Below the pieces are notes generated by a model. That model had not been told where the DNA came from. It did not search any database and saw only the letters and a list, made by a program, of their open reading frames with translations. From Nitrosopumilus maritimus SCM1 (GTDB taxonomy: Archaea; Thermoproteota; Nitrososphaeria; Nitrososphaerales; Nitrosopumilaceae): a DNA stretch of 32,000 bases. Where the stretch lies: assembly GCF_000018465.1 (NCBI RefSeq), contig NC_010085.1, positions 1,560,001 through 1,592,000 on the forward strand, in the 5' to 3' direction. Positions 1-7,012 of this stretch are shown one piece after another (the stretch's first letter is position 1; every line of letters starts with the position of its first letter). Made by a program: the position numbers and the translations under genes.

Positions 1-1
1 A

Positions 2-610
2 GAGTTAACTGGAGAAGCACTACGACAAAGAGCAATTATTGGAATCCTTGCAGGAGATGCAAATCCTGCTGAAAGAACTAGAACAGGGATATCACAAAAT
101 ATGGCAAAAAAACAAGGAATTGCCTGGAAAAACATCTACTCAGGGATTTTTCGAGATTTGGATGAAATTCTGCTACCAATGGGGATTGCAGAGGAAGACG
201 GCAGATTACCTCTTCAGAGAGGTCCCAAGGCCCTTCAAGAAAAAGGAATTCCATATTATCATCTCACAAAAAAAGGGATTTTGATCGCTCTTTCAATTAG
301 CGATATCAAGAATAGAGAAAAATTGCTAAAAGAATTTTTCTCAAAGTCTGAATCTGAAGAAAAAGAGTTTGAAAAGATTCTATCTAGTCTATTAAAGAAT
401 AGCCCAAAATTTGCATACTCTATTTTTCAAAAATATGTCAAGGCATTTTGCGATAATAAAATTAAGGAATTACTCCCATTTGATCTGACAAAATTGAAGG
501 AGATTTCAGATGAATCATTGGAAATCCAAAAGGAGATTCTTGTAGCGTTTGTGGAACTCTCAAAGCAGGAAAAAGAGGATGCCATCAAATTTCTAGACAA
601 AATCACTTAG
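2..610 (+). CDS. hypothetical protein, 5'-partial (open to the left window edge); possible winged-helix DNA-binding region followed by a Lys/Glu-rich helical half
   Basis: The frame of the 101..610 track ORF stays open back to nt 2 (ELTGEALRQRAIIGILAGDANPAERTRTGISQNMAKK...), so the ATG at 101 is probably internal. An HTH-plus-wing-like pattern (GISQNMAKKQGIAWKNIYSGIFRDLDEIL ... GIPYYHLTKKGILIAL) was recognised by eye only. Confidence 0.45.
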   Translation, partial: ELTGEALRQRAIIGILAGDANPAERTRTGISQNMAKKQGIAWKNIYSGIFRDLDEILLPMGIAEEDGRLPLQRGPKALQEKGIPYYHLTKKGILIALSISDIKNREKLLKEFFSKSESEEKEFEKILSSLLKNSPKFAYSIFQKYVKAFCDNKIKELLPFDLTKLKEISDESLEIQKEILVAFVELSKQEKEDAIKFLDKIT

Positions 611-638
611 AATTTGTTCCTATAGAGATCGCCAAACA

Positions 639-645
639 TTAAAAT
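639..645 (+). promoter_or_regulatory. TATA-box-like element upstream of atpC
   Basis: TTAAAAT is centred about 28 nt upstream of ATG 670. The same spacing recurs at other first-in-unit genes in this window, consistent with leaderless or near-leaderless archaeal mRNAs. Confidence 0.35.
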
Positions 646-669
646 CCGTTACTCATAAACAATTTTCAA

Positions 670-1704
670 ATGGGCAAGAACGTCTATGCATCAGTAAAGT
701 CATACAGCCAAAGAGGAAAATTACTCAGTAGGGCTGATTTTCAGACACTGGCAGAATCAAGAGATCTTGATGAATTTATGACCAGAATAAAGAACACCAT
801 TTATGGTGATTCAATTAATGATGTTCAAAAACCATATACTTCACAAGGTATTGAATCAGCATTTAGAGGACATTTGGCTGATGTCCATTACTCCATTGCA
901 AAAACTGCTGGCGATTCTGATATTCTTGATGCATATTATATGAAGTTCATAATTTCAAATCTAAAATTAATACTAAAAGGCAAGGTTTTAGGTAAATCAC
1001 AAGAAGAGATTGAGAATCACATCAATCTACGTGCAGAAGAATTAGTTAAACAACGAGATATCATAATCAAATCCCTTGTTGCAAAAGATCTTGAAGAGGC
1101 AGTTGCAAGTCTAAATTCAGTTCAATTTGGAGATGAGATTGCAAAGGCTGCAACACTTTACAACGAAACAAAAAACATCCAAGTCTTTGACACGTATTTT
1201 GATAAAATTTTGTACCAACAACTAGGACGAGCTTTGAAGAATACAAGAGATAGAGATGTCATAAAGATTGTCGGAATGGATGTTGACTTTTACAATCTTC
1301 TTAGTGTGATTAGAGGAAAATTCTGGGGATTAGAAGAATCACAAATTCAAGATTTGATTGTGACTCAAACTCCAACTGTCCCAAGAGAACTTCTTGGAAG
1401 AATGATGGCAGCAGGTTCAGTCAGAGATGCACTAAATGAGCTTGCCACAACCAAATACAAAGACATGATTCCACAGATGGAAAATGAGTTAGATGCAGTT
1501 GCCGAATTTGAAAGAGCATTTGAGATGAGCATTTATCATTCATCTGCCAGAGCATTTACCAAGATGTTTAGTTTTGCAACAATCATAGGAATCACAAAAC
1601 TAACGGGCTTTGAAGTAAGGAATTTGGCTGCAATTGCATATGCAGTAGAGCAAAAAATTCCTACAGAAACAACAATGTCAAAATTGATTCTTGAAGAAGA
1701 ATAG
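670..1704 (+). CDS. atpC: A/V-type ATP synthase subunit C (AC39/d-subunit family)
   Basis: 344 aa, all-helical. The C-terminal FEVRNLAAIAYAVEQKIPTE segment and overall length match archaeal AtpC as I know the family. Confidence 0.75.
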   Translation: MGKNVYASVKSYSQRGKLLSRADFQTLAESRDLDEFMTRIKNTIYGDSINDVQKPYTSQGIESAFRGHLADVHYSIAKTAGDSDILDAYYMKFIISNLKLILKGKVLGKSQEEIENHINLRAEELVKQRDIIIKSLVAKDLEEAVASLNSVQFGDEIAKAATLYNETKNIQVFDTYFDKILYQQLGRALKNTRDRDVIKIVGMDVDFYNLLSVIRGKFWGLEESQIQDLIVTQTPTVPRELLGRMMAAGSVRDALNELATTKYKDMIPQMENELDAVAEFERAFEMSIYHSSARAFTKMFSFATIIGITKLTGFEVRNLAAIAYAVEQKIPTETTMSKLILEEE

Positions 1705-1712
1705 ATCTGAAA

Positions 1713-1949
1713 ATGATAAAATTTCCAAAGAAGAAAAATGAGATAACAACAGAGACAGTAATCAATACTATTTGGGTCAGTGCATTTATGGCCATGATAT
1801 TTTCATTGCCACCTTTAGCATTATTTTTGGGAATTTACTTTTGGGCAGGTGAATTAGCAATAGGCGCAATTGTTGGCTTTGGAGTACATTTTGTAACATT
1901 AGCATTTGCAGGCAGAATCTCAAAATTTTTGACCAACATAATGAGTTAA
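1713..1949 (+). CDS. small membrane protein with two predicted TM helices
   Basis: 78 aa, starting 8 nt after the atpC stop. Two hydrophobic stretches (IWVSAFMAMIFSLPPLALFLGIYFW; ELAIGAIVGFGVHFVTLAFAG), the second Gly-rich with an embedded Glu. Confidence 0.5.
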   Translation: MIKFPKKKNEITTETVINTIWVSAFMAMIFSLPPLALFLGIYFWAGELAIGAIVGFGVHFVTLAFAGRISKFLTNIMS

Positions 1950-1982
1950 CCTATAAGGATCCAATTATCTAAGTGATGTACC

Positions 1983-2630
1983 ATGATGGGAGATAGAGAT
2001 TTTCGAACTACTATTCAAAATGCCATAAAATCAATTGGAAATGAACTAGAAATTGATATAGATTCAAAGGATTTTGAAACTATCCACCTTCAAGAAGTCG
2101 TTAGGTGTATGAGACGCTCATACTATGACAGAGTAGAACCTCTAGAAATTGAGAGAAGGGGATTCAATGAGCTTCTTTCAGGATTATTAAGAAAACTGGA
2201 ATATGGTAGCAATCCAAAGGATTTTGACATAAACGAGATCAAGCTCCGAGGACAAGCAGATATGATGGTAGATGATGCAATTCTCCTATTCAGATCAGCT
2301 ACTGAAGAATTAGAAAATCCTCATGCAAGTGATGTCTTGTACCTTAATGCATGCATGTGGATATATGACAAAGAAGATGGGATGATAGTCTACATCACAG
2401 GAGATAGAAAAGAATCAACATTTTCACTAACACGGAACAAAAAGATGTTCGAAGACACCATACGTAGGGTTCGAGTTCTAAACAATCTTCTCAAAGAACA
2501 AAAAACACCAATCTTAGAGCCATCAGCAGAGTGTACTGAATGTCAATATTATGAGAGATGTTTCACAAAGAGGAAGAATACAAAACAGACATCTCTTGCT
2601 GAAATGTTAGGACTGGGCAAACAAGACTAG
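1983..2630 (+). CDS. Cas4-like (DUF83/RecB-like PD-(D/E)XK fold) protein with a 4-Cys Fe-S signature
   Basis: C42 lies in VVRCMRRSYYDRV, and C184-x2-C187-x5-C193 lies in ECTECQYYERCF. That is exactly the C...CX2CX5C arrangement of Cas4/AddB/Dna2 Fe-S nucleases. There is a GQAD motif-II-like Asp, but a clear ExK motif is not evident. Confidence 0.6.
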   Translation: MMGDRDFRTTIQNAIKSIGNELEIDIDSKDFETIHLQEVVRCMRRSYYDRVEPLEIERRGFNELLSGLLRKLEYGSNPKDFDINEIKLRGQADMMVDDAILLFRSATEELENPHASDVLYLNACMWIYDKEDGMIVYITGDRKESTFSLTRNKKMFEDTIRRVRVLNNLLKEQKTPILEPSAECTECQYYERCFTKRKNTKQTSLAEMLGLGKQD

Positions 2631-2652
2631 TTAGATAAATGAAAAATATTGT

Positions 2653-2676
2653 AAAGGAATAATTTCCTTTTTGTTT
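2653..2676. terminator. hairpin plus T-tracts between convergent genes
   Basis: AAAGGAA-TAAT-TTCCTTT (7-bp stem, 2653-2670) is followed by TTGTTT on the + strand and by ATTTTT on the - strand. It lies between the stop at 2630 (+) and the stop at 2675 (-). Confidence 0.35.
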
Positions 2677-2785
2677 AATCGAGTGGTTCTGGATGTCCTT
2701 TACCACGAAGAGCGAAACACACTACTGCTAGTGCAATTGCGACTCCTGCTGCTGCGCCAAATGCGGCCATTCCTGCTTCTGCCAT
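2675..2785 (-). CDS. 36-aa Ala/Gly-rich single-TM micro-protein (not in the ORF track)
   Basis: ATG at 2785-2783, TAA at 2677-2675. Translation: MAEAGMAAFGAAAGVAIALAVVCFALRGKGHPEPLD. The locally GC-rich codons stand out from the AT-rich surroundings, and a TATA-like TTATAAA is centred about 29 nt upstream. Confidence 0.45.
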   Translation of the reverse strand: MAEAGMAAFGAAAGVAIALAVVCFALRGKGHPEPLD

Positions 2786-2810
2786 TTGATAAAATCCCAA
2801 TGAAATTGCT

Positions 2811-2817
2811 TTTATAA
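2811..2817 (-). promoter_or_regulatory. TATA-box-like element for the 36-aa ORF
   Basis: TTTATAA (palindromic core) is centred about 29 nt upstream of the minus-strand ATG at 2785. Confidence 0.35.
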
Positions 2818-2874
2818 CTTTGCCAATATTTTGTCTCTAAAAACAAATTATCACAATTTCAAAATTTTATGATA

Positions 2875-3429
2875 CTATTGAGTAAATTCAAAGAATAGTT
2901 CATTTTCATGACCGCTAGTCATAGAACTTAAATTGTAAAACACGACACCTGAAACTTTCCAAGTGTTGGTATTTGATTCAAAATCAGACCATAATTCAGG
3001 AGTGTTACCAGAATTTTTTAACACAATCTCATCTCGCAAAATGATAGAGTTTCCACCAAGCAGAGTATAGTAATTTGAACCAAATTCTACCATTCCTTCT
3101 GCCCTATGACCAATCTGTCCTCCGCCAATCTGTTCAGATTGAGAGTATCCTGTTTCATACAATTGGTAATCCATTGTTGTAACCATCATAGAACCTTCGT
3201 TAGGATTTTTGATTTCAAATGCAATATCGATTGTTGCAGAACGTTCAGATATTTTTGAAACAACAATCTCTTCTAACTCTATTACAAGAGGTTTAACTTG
3301 TGGAACGTTTGAACCATCAGTCATTTGTGCTGGAGATTCTAGATCAATGGAAGGTCCCATAATCAAAATTCCACCTAATGCTGCAGCAAGTGCAGCAACT
3401 GCAACTCCAACAAAAATTTTAGGATTCAT
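2875..3429 (-). CDS. membrane-anchored LEA_2/WHy (LEA14-like) domain protein
   Basis: N-terminal TM (IFVGVAVAALAAALGGILIM), then IDIAFEIKNPNEGSMMVTTMDYQLYETG, which carries the NPN-type LEA_2 signature. A paralogue lies at 31012..31506. Confidence 0.6.
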   Translation of the reverse strand: MNPKIFVGVAVAALAAALGGILIMGPSIDLESPAQMTDGSNVPQVKPLVIELEEIVVSKISERSATIDIAFEIKNPNEGSMMVTTMDYQLYETGYSQSEQIGGGQIGHRAEGMVEFGSNYYTLLGGNSIILRDEIVLKNSGNTPELWSDFESNTNTWKVSGVVFYNLSSMTSGHENELFFEFTQ

Positions 3430-3483
3430 AATTCTTGCAAACTCCTTTGATTTCTTAAATGTTGAGATAGTTATTATACCATT

Positions 3484-3491
3484 GGGGGGGG
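3484..3491. repeat. G8 homopolymer in a divergent intergenic region
   Basis: GGGGGGGG is read directly from the sequence. Its 3' end forms GGAG 7 nt upstream of ATG 3501. Confidence 0.9.
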
Positions 3492-3500
3492 AGAAAAATT

Positions 3501-3851
3501 ATGCAGTATTTTCAAGCAGTACAACAAGGCAAACAAAGAGCAGGAAAATCTCAAATGAAGATGTTTGAGGCAGCAGGATTTGGAATGTTAACTTTAACCA
3601 CAAAAAAAGTGGATGGAAAATTCCAACCGGTAGGAGAAGAAGATTTCACAGCAGTTGTCAACTCAGAGGAAGGATATGTAACCATAATAGTAGACAGTGA
3701 CGGATATACCAAAGCTCAATCAAAGGCACTTGAAAAAGAAGAAGCTCTCTCAATTTACAAAAAACTGCGAGATTCAGGAGTTGAAGAATATCCTGGAAAA
3801 GAGATCATGATATGGACTGAAACCAGACCCACAGTCCAAAATGAATCCTAA
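3501..3851 (+). CDS. hypothetical protein
   Basis: 116-aa ORF with no motif I recognise. GGAG lies 7 nt upstream. Alternative internal Met starts exist (M19, M21). Confidence 0.5.
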   Translation: MQYFQAVQQGKQRAGKSQMKMFEAAGFGMLTLTTKKVDGKFQPVGEEDFTAVVNSEEGYVTIIVDSDGYTKAQSKALEKEEALSIYKKLRDSGVEEYPGKEIMIWTETRPTVQNES

Positions 3852-3853
3852 GA

Positions 3854-4537
3854 CTATTTTGTTGGAATAATTATTTCAGTTCCCAAATTACCGCCTTTAA
3901 TGGCTTTTTCAATAATTTTTGGACTTGCTTTGAGAATTCTTGTTTTAATTTTTGAGCGCTCAATAATTTTGAGTGCAACTATATCCATGAGATCATATCC
4001 TCCTGCTACAGAATCCTCATGAACTAACATGTTTTTGAGATTTTTCAATTCAATTCGTTTGAATTTTTTTGCTTTTTTGAATTTGTTAGGATCCATATCG
4101 TAAACTCCATCAACATCAGTAGCATTAAGAAACTGTTCAGCTTTTACTTTCTCTGCAATCAATGCAGCAGTACCATTAGTGCTTTGACCAGGATGAAGTC
4201 CTCCAGCAACAACAATCAATCCGTCATCTACTGCATGTCTTACTTCTTGTAGTGTAGTTGGGGGATGAGAATATGCTTTGTTTTTTAGAGCATAAATCAA
4301 CAGTTTTGCATTTAATCTAGAAATTTCAATTCCTAATTCATCAAGGGTGGATTCATCAGCTCCTGAAGATCTTGCATGATTAATGTAATGTCTAGCAATG
4401 TTTCCACCTCCAGCAATAATTATTGGCTGGCATACCTTACTGATTTTTACTAGAAATTCTGCCCAATCTTTGAGAAGTTTGACATTATCCATGGCAAAAA
4501 CTCTACCAGATAGTTTGATTACAATTCTTTTTTTCAC
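3854..4537 (-). CDS. pyrH: UMP kinase (amino-acid-kinase fold)
   Basis: VIKLSGRV N-terminus, [10 protein letters not shown] motif, 227 aa. GTG start overlaps the upstream stop (GTGA), with GGTGA 6 nt upstream. Confidence 0.8.
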   Translation of the reverse strand: MKKRIVIKLSGRVFAMDNVKLLKDWAEFLVKISKVCQPIIIAGGGNIARHYINHARSSGADESTLDELGIEISRLNAKLLIYALKNKAYSHPPTTLQEVRHAVDDGLIVVAGGLHPGQSTNGTAALIAEKVKAEQFLNATDVDGVYDMDPNKFKKAKKFKRIELKNLKNMLVHEDSVAGGYDLMDIVALKIIERSKIKTRILKASPKIIEKAIKGGNLGTEIIIPTK

Positions 4538-5769
4538 TCTAGTTCACCAATGATGGATTTTGCGGCAATTTCAACTTTTTTTCTATTCTTTTGATTAGTA
4601 TAGATTCTCAGGATATTCATAAAGCCAGAAATTGCCGAGACTACAGGTATTTCAGAAATAGGCATCTCTTTTGCAGAAGATTTTCCACCCTCATTTGTGA
4701 TTAGAATTATCGATTTTGACTCATTTTTTGATGGTGCAAGTGGAATAGAAGGTGTTACAGAACTATCAACAAAAATCTCATTTTCATCAACTTTGGATTT
4801 TTTGGATATGGCAGATCTGAGTTCATTTGTTTTTATTTTCTTTAGATTTTTTCTACTTGTCAAAATGCTTTCAAATACACATTTTAGCAATTTTCTATTT
4901 TGATAATCTTGTGCAAATTTTCTTGCTCGTTTTAATTTAGGAGTTTTTGAGGAGATTAGACTGGAGAGAACATGTTCGTCTGTTAGTTGAACAAATTCAT
5001 CTAGATTAAAAGTAGAGAATCCAAATTCATCATCTGAAGATCGTAGTGCTTCAAGCAACATCACTTCTGCAGCTCTTACTGTCTTGTGAAAATAAACTGC
5101 TTTGAACATTTGATATCTTGAATGCATCATAGATTCAAATGAATACAGTGCAGAGCGCTCTAATGCAAGTTTCTTTTGATGCACATCAAGTGATTGTGTA
5201 ATTCTTTTATGATCAATTTTTGCATGTTCTGCTCCTGTAAAATAACCATCTCTAAGAAGATAATCCATCATATCTGCACTAAGAGCACCTGAAACAATTT
5301 CATTCATGTATTGAAATTTTGAATCACCAAACGCGATTTTTGTTACAAGTTTTTTATCAAAACCATTTTTTGTCAAAATATCACCAATTTCAGATTTTAG
5401 AATAATCTCTTTTCCAAAATCTTCATGAGAAATTTTCTTTTCTTGAATTATTTCTTCAAAGAGGTGAGAAAATGGCCCATGACCAATATCATGCAAAAGA
5501 CCTGCCAACCTGAGAATCTCGATGTCATCGGATTTGAAAAATCCTTTTTCATTTAGCGCATGACCTGCCTGACTAGCAATGTGCATTACTCCAAGAGAGT
5601 GCTCAAATCTAGTATGCTGTGCAGCAGGATATGTCAAATGTGCACCAGATAATTGTCTAATTCTTCGTAACCGCTGGAAAATAGGATTATCAATTATGGA
5701 TAGTTCATGATCATAAACTCGAATAAAATCATGAATAGGATCTATAATGTCTAGATAATTTTTTTTCAT
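4534..5769 (-). CDS. HD-domain phosphohydrolase, SAMHD1/dGTPase-like (COG1078-type)
   Basis: [12 protein letters not shown] and [12 protein letters not shown] motifs, plus [11 protein letters not shown]. 411 aa. Confidence 0.8.
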   Translation of the reverse strand: MKKNYLDIIDPIHDFIRVYDHELSIIDNPIFQRLRRIRQLSGAHLTYPAAQHTRFEHSLGVMHIASQAGHALNEKGFFKSDDIEILRLAGLLHDIGHGPFSHLFEEIIQEKKISHEDFGKEIILKSEIGDILTKNGFDKKLVTKIAFGDSKFQYMNEIVSGALSADMMDYLLRDGYFTGAEHAKIDHKRITQSLDVHQKKLALERSALYSFESMMHSRYQMFKAVYFHKTVRAAEVMLLEALRSSDDEFGFSTFNLDEFVQLTDEHVLSSLISSKTPKLKRARKFAQDYQNRKLLKCVFESILTSRKNLKKIKTNELRSAISKKSKVDENEIFVDSSVTPSIPLAPSKNESKSIILITNEGGKSSAKEMPISEIPVVSAISGFMNILRIYTNQKNRKKVEIAAKSIIGELE

Positions 5770-6347
5770 AATCCTATTTTCTTTGAAAATGTCTTCATGA
5801 TTTCTTCATGAACCTCTTGTTTAGATTTTGTAGCATCAATTATTTTCCAACGTTTTTTCTTTGCAGTGGTTTTGTAGATTCTAGAAATCTTTCTCAAAAA
5901 TTCTTCATTTTTCTCAAATTTGTCTCGATTGGTTTTTTGTCTGTTAAAGGATTCTTTTTGTGTGACATCAAGTAAAATTACAAGATCTGCTTTTGGTAGT
6001 CCTGCATCTAGACTTTCAAGCCATTTTTCTTTCATTCCATTTGCAAGACCATATACTAGATTTGAATGGTAATATCTATTCATTATAAGAACAGAATTTT
6101 TTTCTTGAGCAGTTTTAATCTGTTCTAGTTTTTCCCATCTATTTGCAGACAGTAAACAATGAATTACTTGTGGGGGGAATTTCCTTTTTCCATCAAGATA
6201 TTGCCTAATCTCTTTTCCAATATGGGTTTTGTAATCTGGAAAATGAAACAATTTGGTTTTGATTTTTCTTTTTTTGAGTGCTTTTTCTAGCATAGTTGAC
6301 TGTGTTAGTTTTCCTGCTTGATCTCCACCTTCAATTACGATTATCAT
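5766..6347 (-). CDS. tmk: thymidylate (dTMP) kinase
   Basis: P-loop IVIEGGDQAGK at the N-terminus, about 193 aa, with a DRFE-like DKFEKNEEF lid region. Confidence 0.8.
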   Translation of the reverse strand: MIIVIEGGDQAGKLTQSTMLEKALKKRKIKTKLFHFPDYKTHIGKEIRQYLDGKRKFPPQVIHCLLSANRWEKLEQIKTAQEKNSVLIMNRYYHSNLVYGLANGMKEKWLESLDAGLPKADLVILLDVTQKESFNRQKTNRDKFEKNEEFLRKISRIYKTTAKKKRWKIIDATKSKQEVHEEIMKTFSKKIGL

Positions 6348-6441
6348 AAGTTATCAAAACAGAGAAGTTAATTGATTAAAAATCTATCAAAGTTTTAAGA
6401 ATTTACGAATTGTTTATTATCTTCTTAAACTAATTCAAAAT

Positions 6442-6558
6442 ATGGCTGAAGAATATTCATGCGCTTATTGCGAATCAATTTTTGAGAGTAAAGATGATCT
6501 TTCAAAGCACATAGATAGAATTCACGGAGACTCTGGAATTCTAGAAGGCTCAAAATAA
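6442..6558 (+). CDS. 38-aa single C2H2 zinc-finger protein (not in the ORF track)
   Basis: MAEEYSCAYCESIFESKDDLSKHIDRIHGDSGILEGSK fits Y-x-C-x2-C-x3-F-x5-L-x2-H-x4-H exactly. TTTATTAT is centred about 26 nt upstream of the ATG. Confidence 0.5.
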   Translation: MAEEYSCAYCESIFESKDDLSKHIDRIHGDSGILEGSK

Positions 6559-6596
6559 TCCTAAATTTTTTGTTTTAACTAAAATTTCTCTCAAGG

Positions 6597-6603
6597 TTTA
6601 TAA
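6597..6603 (+). promoter_or_regulatory. TATA-box-like element upstream of hsp20
   Basis: TTTATAA is centred about 29 nt upstream of ATG 6629. Confidence 0.4.
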
Positions 6604-6628
6604 CCAAAAATTTGCCACATAACATGAA

Positions 6629-7009
6629 ATGGGACTAGTAAAAGAAGTGATAAAAGAAATTGGAAACAAATCACGAGAATTTTACGAATTTGTATTACCA
6701 CCAATTGACATGTATCTTAATGATGACAACCTCAAAGTGGTTATTGACATCCCAGGATTCTCAAAAAAAGATATCAAACTAACATTATGTGGTGACATTC
6801 TATCAATTCAAGCATGCAAAGAAGTAGATGAGAAAGAATCTGAATCATTGATTTCAAAACAGAGACCAAACATCATTGATAAAAAAATCAGACTACCAAT
6901 TGATATCAAACAAGGTGAAGAAAAAATAGATTCAGCAAAATATGAAGATGGTGTATTAACACTAGTAATCCCTGTAACTAAAAAGGGAAAAGATATCTCA
7001 ATAGAATAA
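6629..7009 (+). CDS. small heat-shock protein (Hsp20/alpha-crystallin family)
   Basis: 126 aa. Alpha-crystallin-domain pattern (LKVVIDIPGFSKKDIKLTL ... AKYEDGVLTLVIP). Confidence 0.85.
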   Translation: MGLVKEVIKEIGNKSREFYEFVLPPIDMYLNDDNLKVVIDIPGFSKKDIKLTLCGDILSIQACKEVDEKESESLISKQRPNIIDKKIRLPIDIKQGEEKIDSAKYEDGVLTLVIPVTKKGKDISIE

Positions 7010-7012
7010 GAC

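Noticed and set aside
39-284. 81-aa plus-strand ORF at the left edge.
   Set aside because: It is out of frame with, and fully overlapped by, the longer ORF that is open from nt 2 to 610. The latter has the more protein-like sequence.
3209-3568. 119-aa plus-strand ORF.
   Set aside because: It is antisense to the 5' half of the LEA_2 gene, runs straight through the divergent intergenic region and into the next gene in another frame. Its composition is low-complexity Ser/Ile/Ala typical of antisense frames.
4534-5769. HD-domain dNTPase as an antiviral nucleotide-depletion defence gene.
   Set aside because: It is overlap-coupled between tmk and pyrH in a core nucleotide-metabolism operon with no other defence-type neighbours. 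A housekeeping pool-control role is the simpler reading, so it is kept as a lower-key finding.
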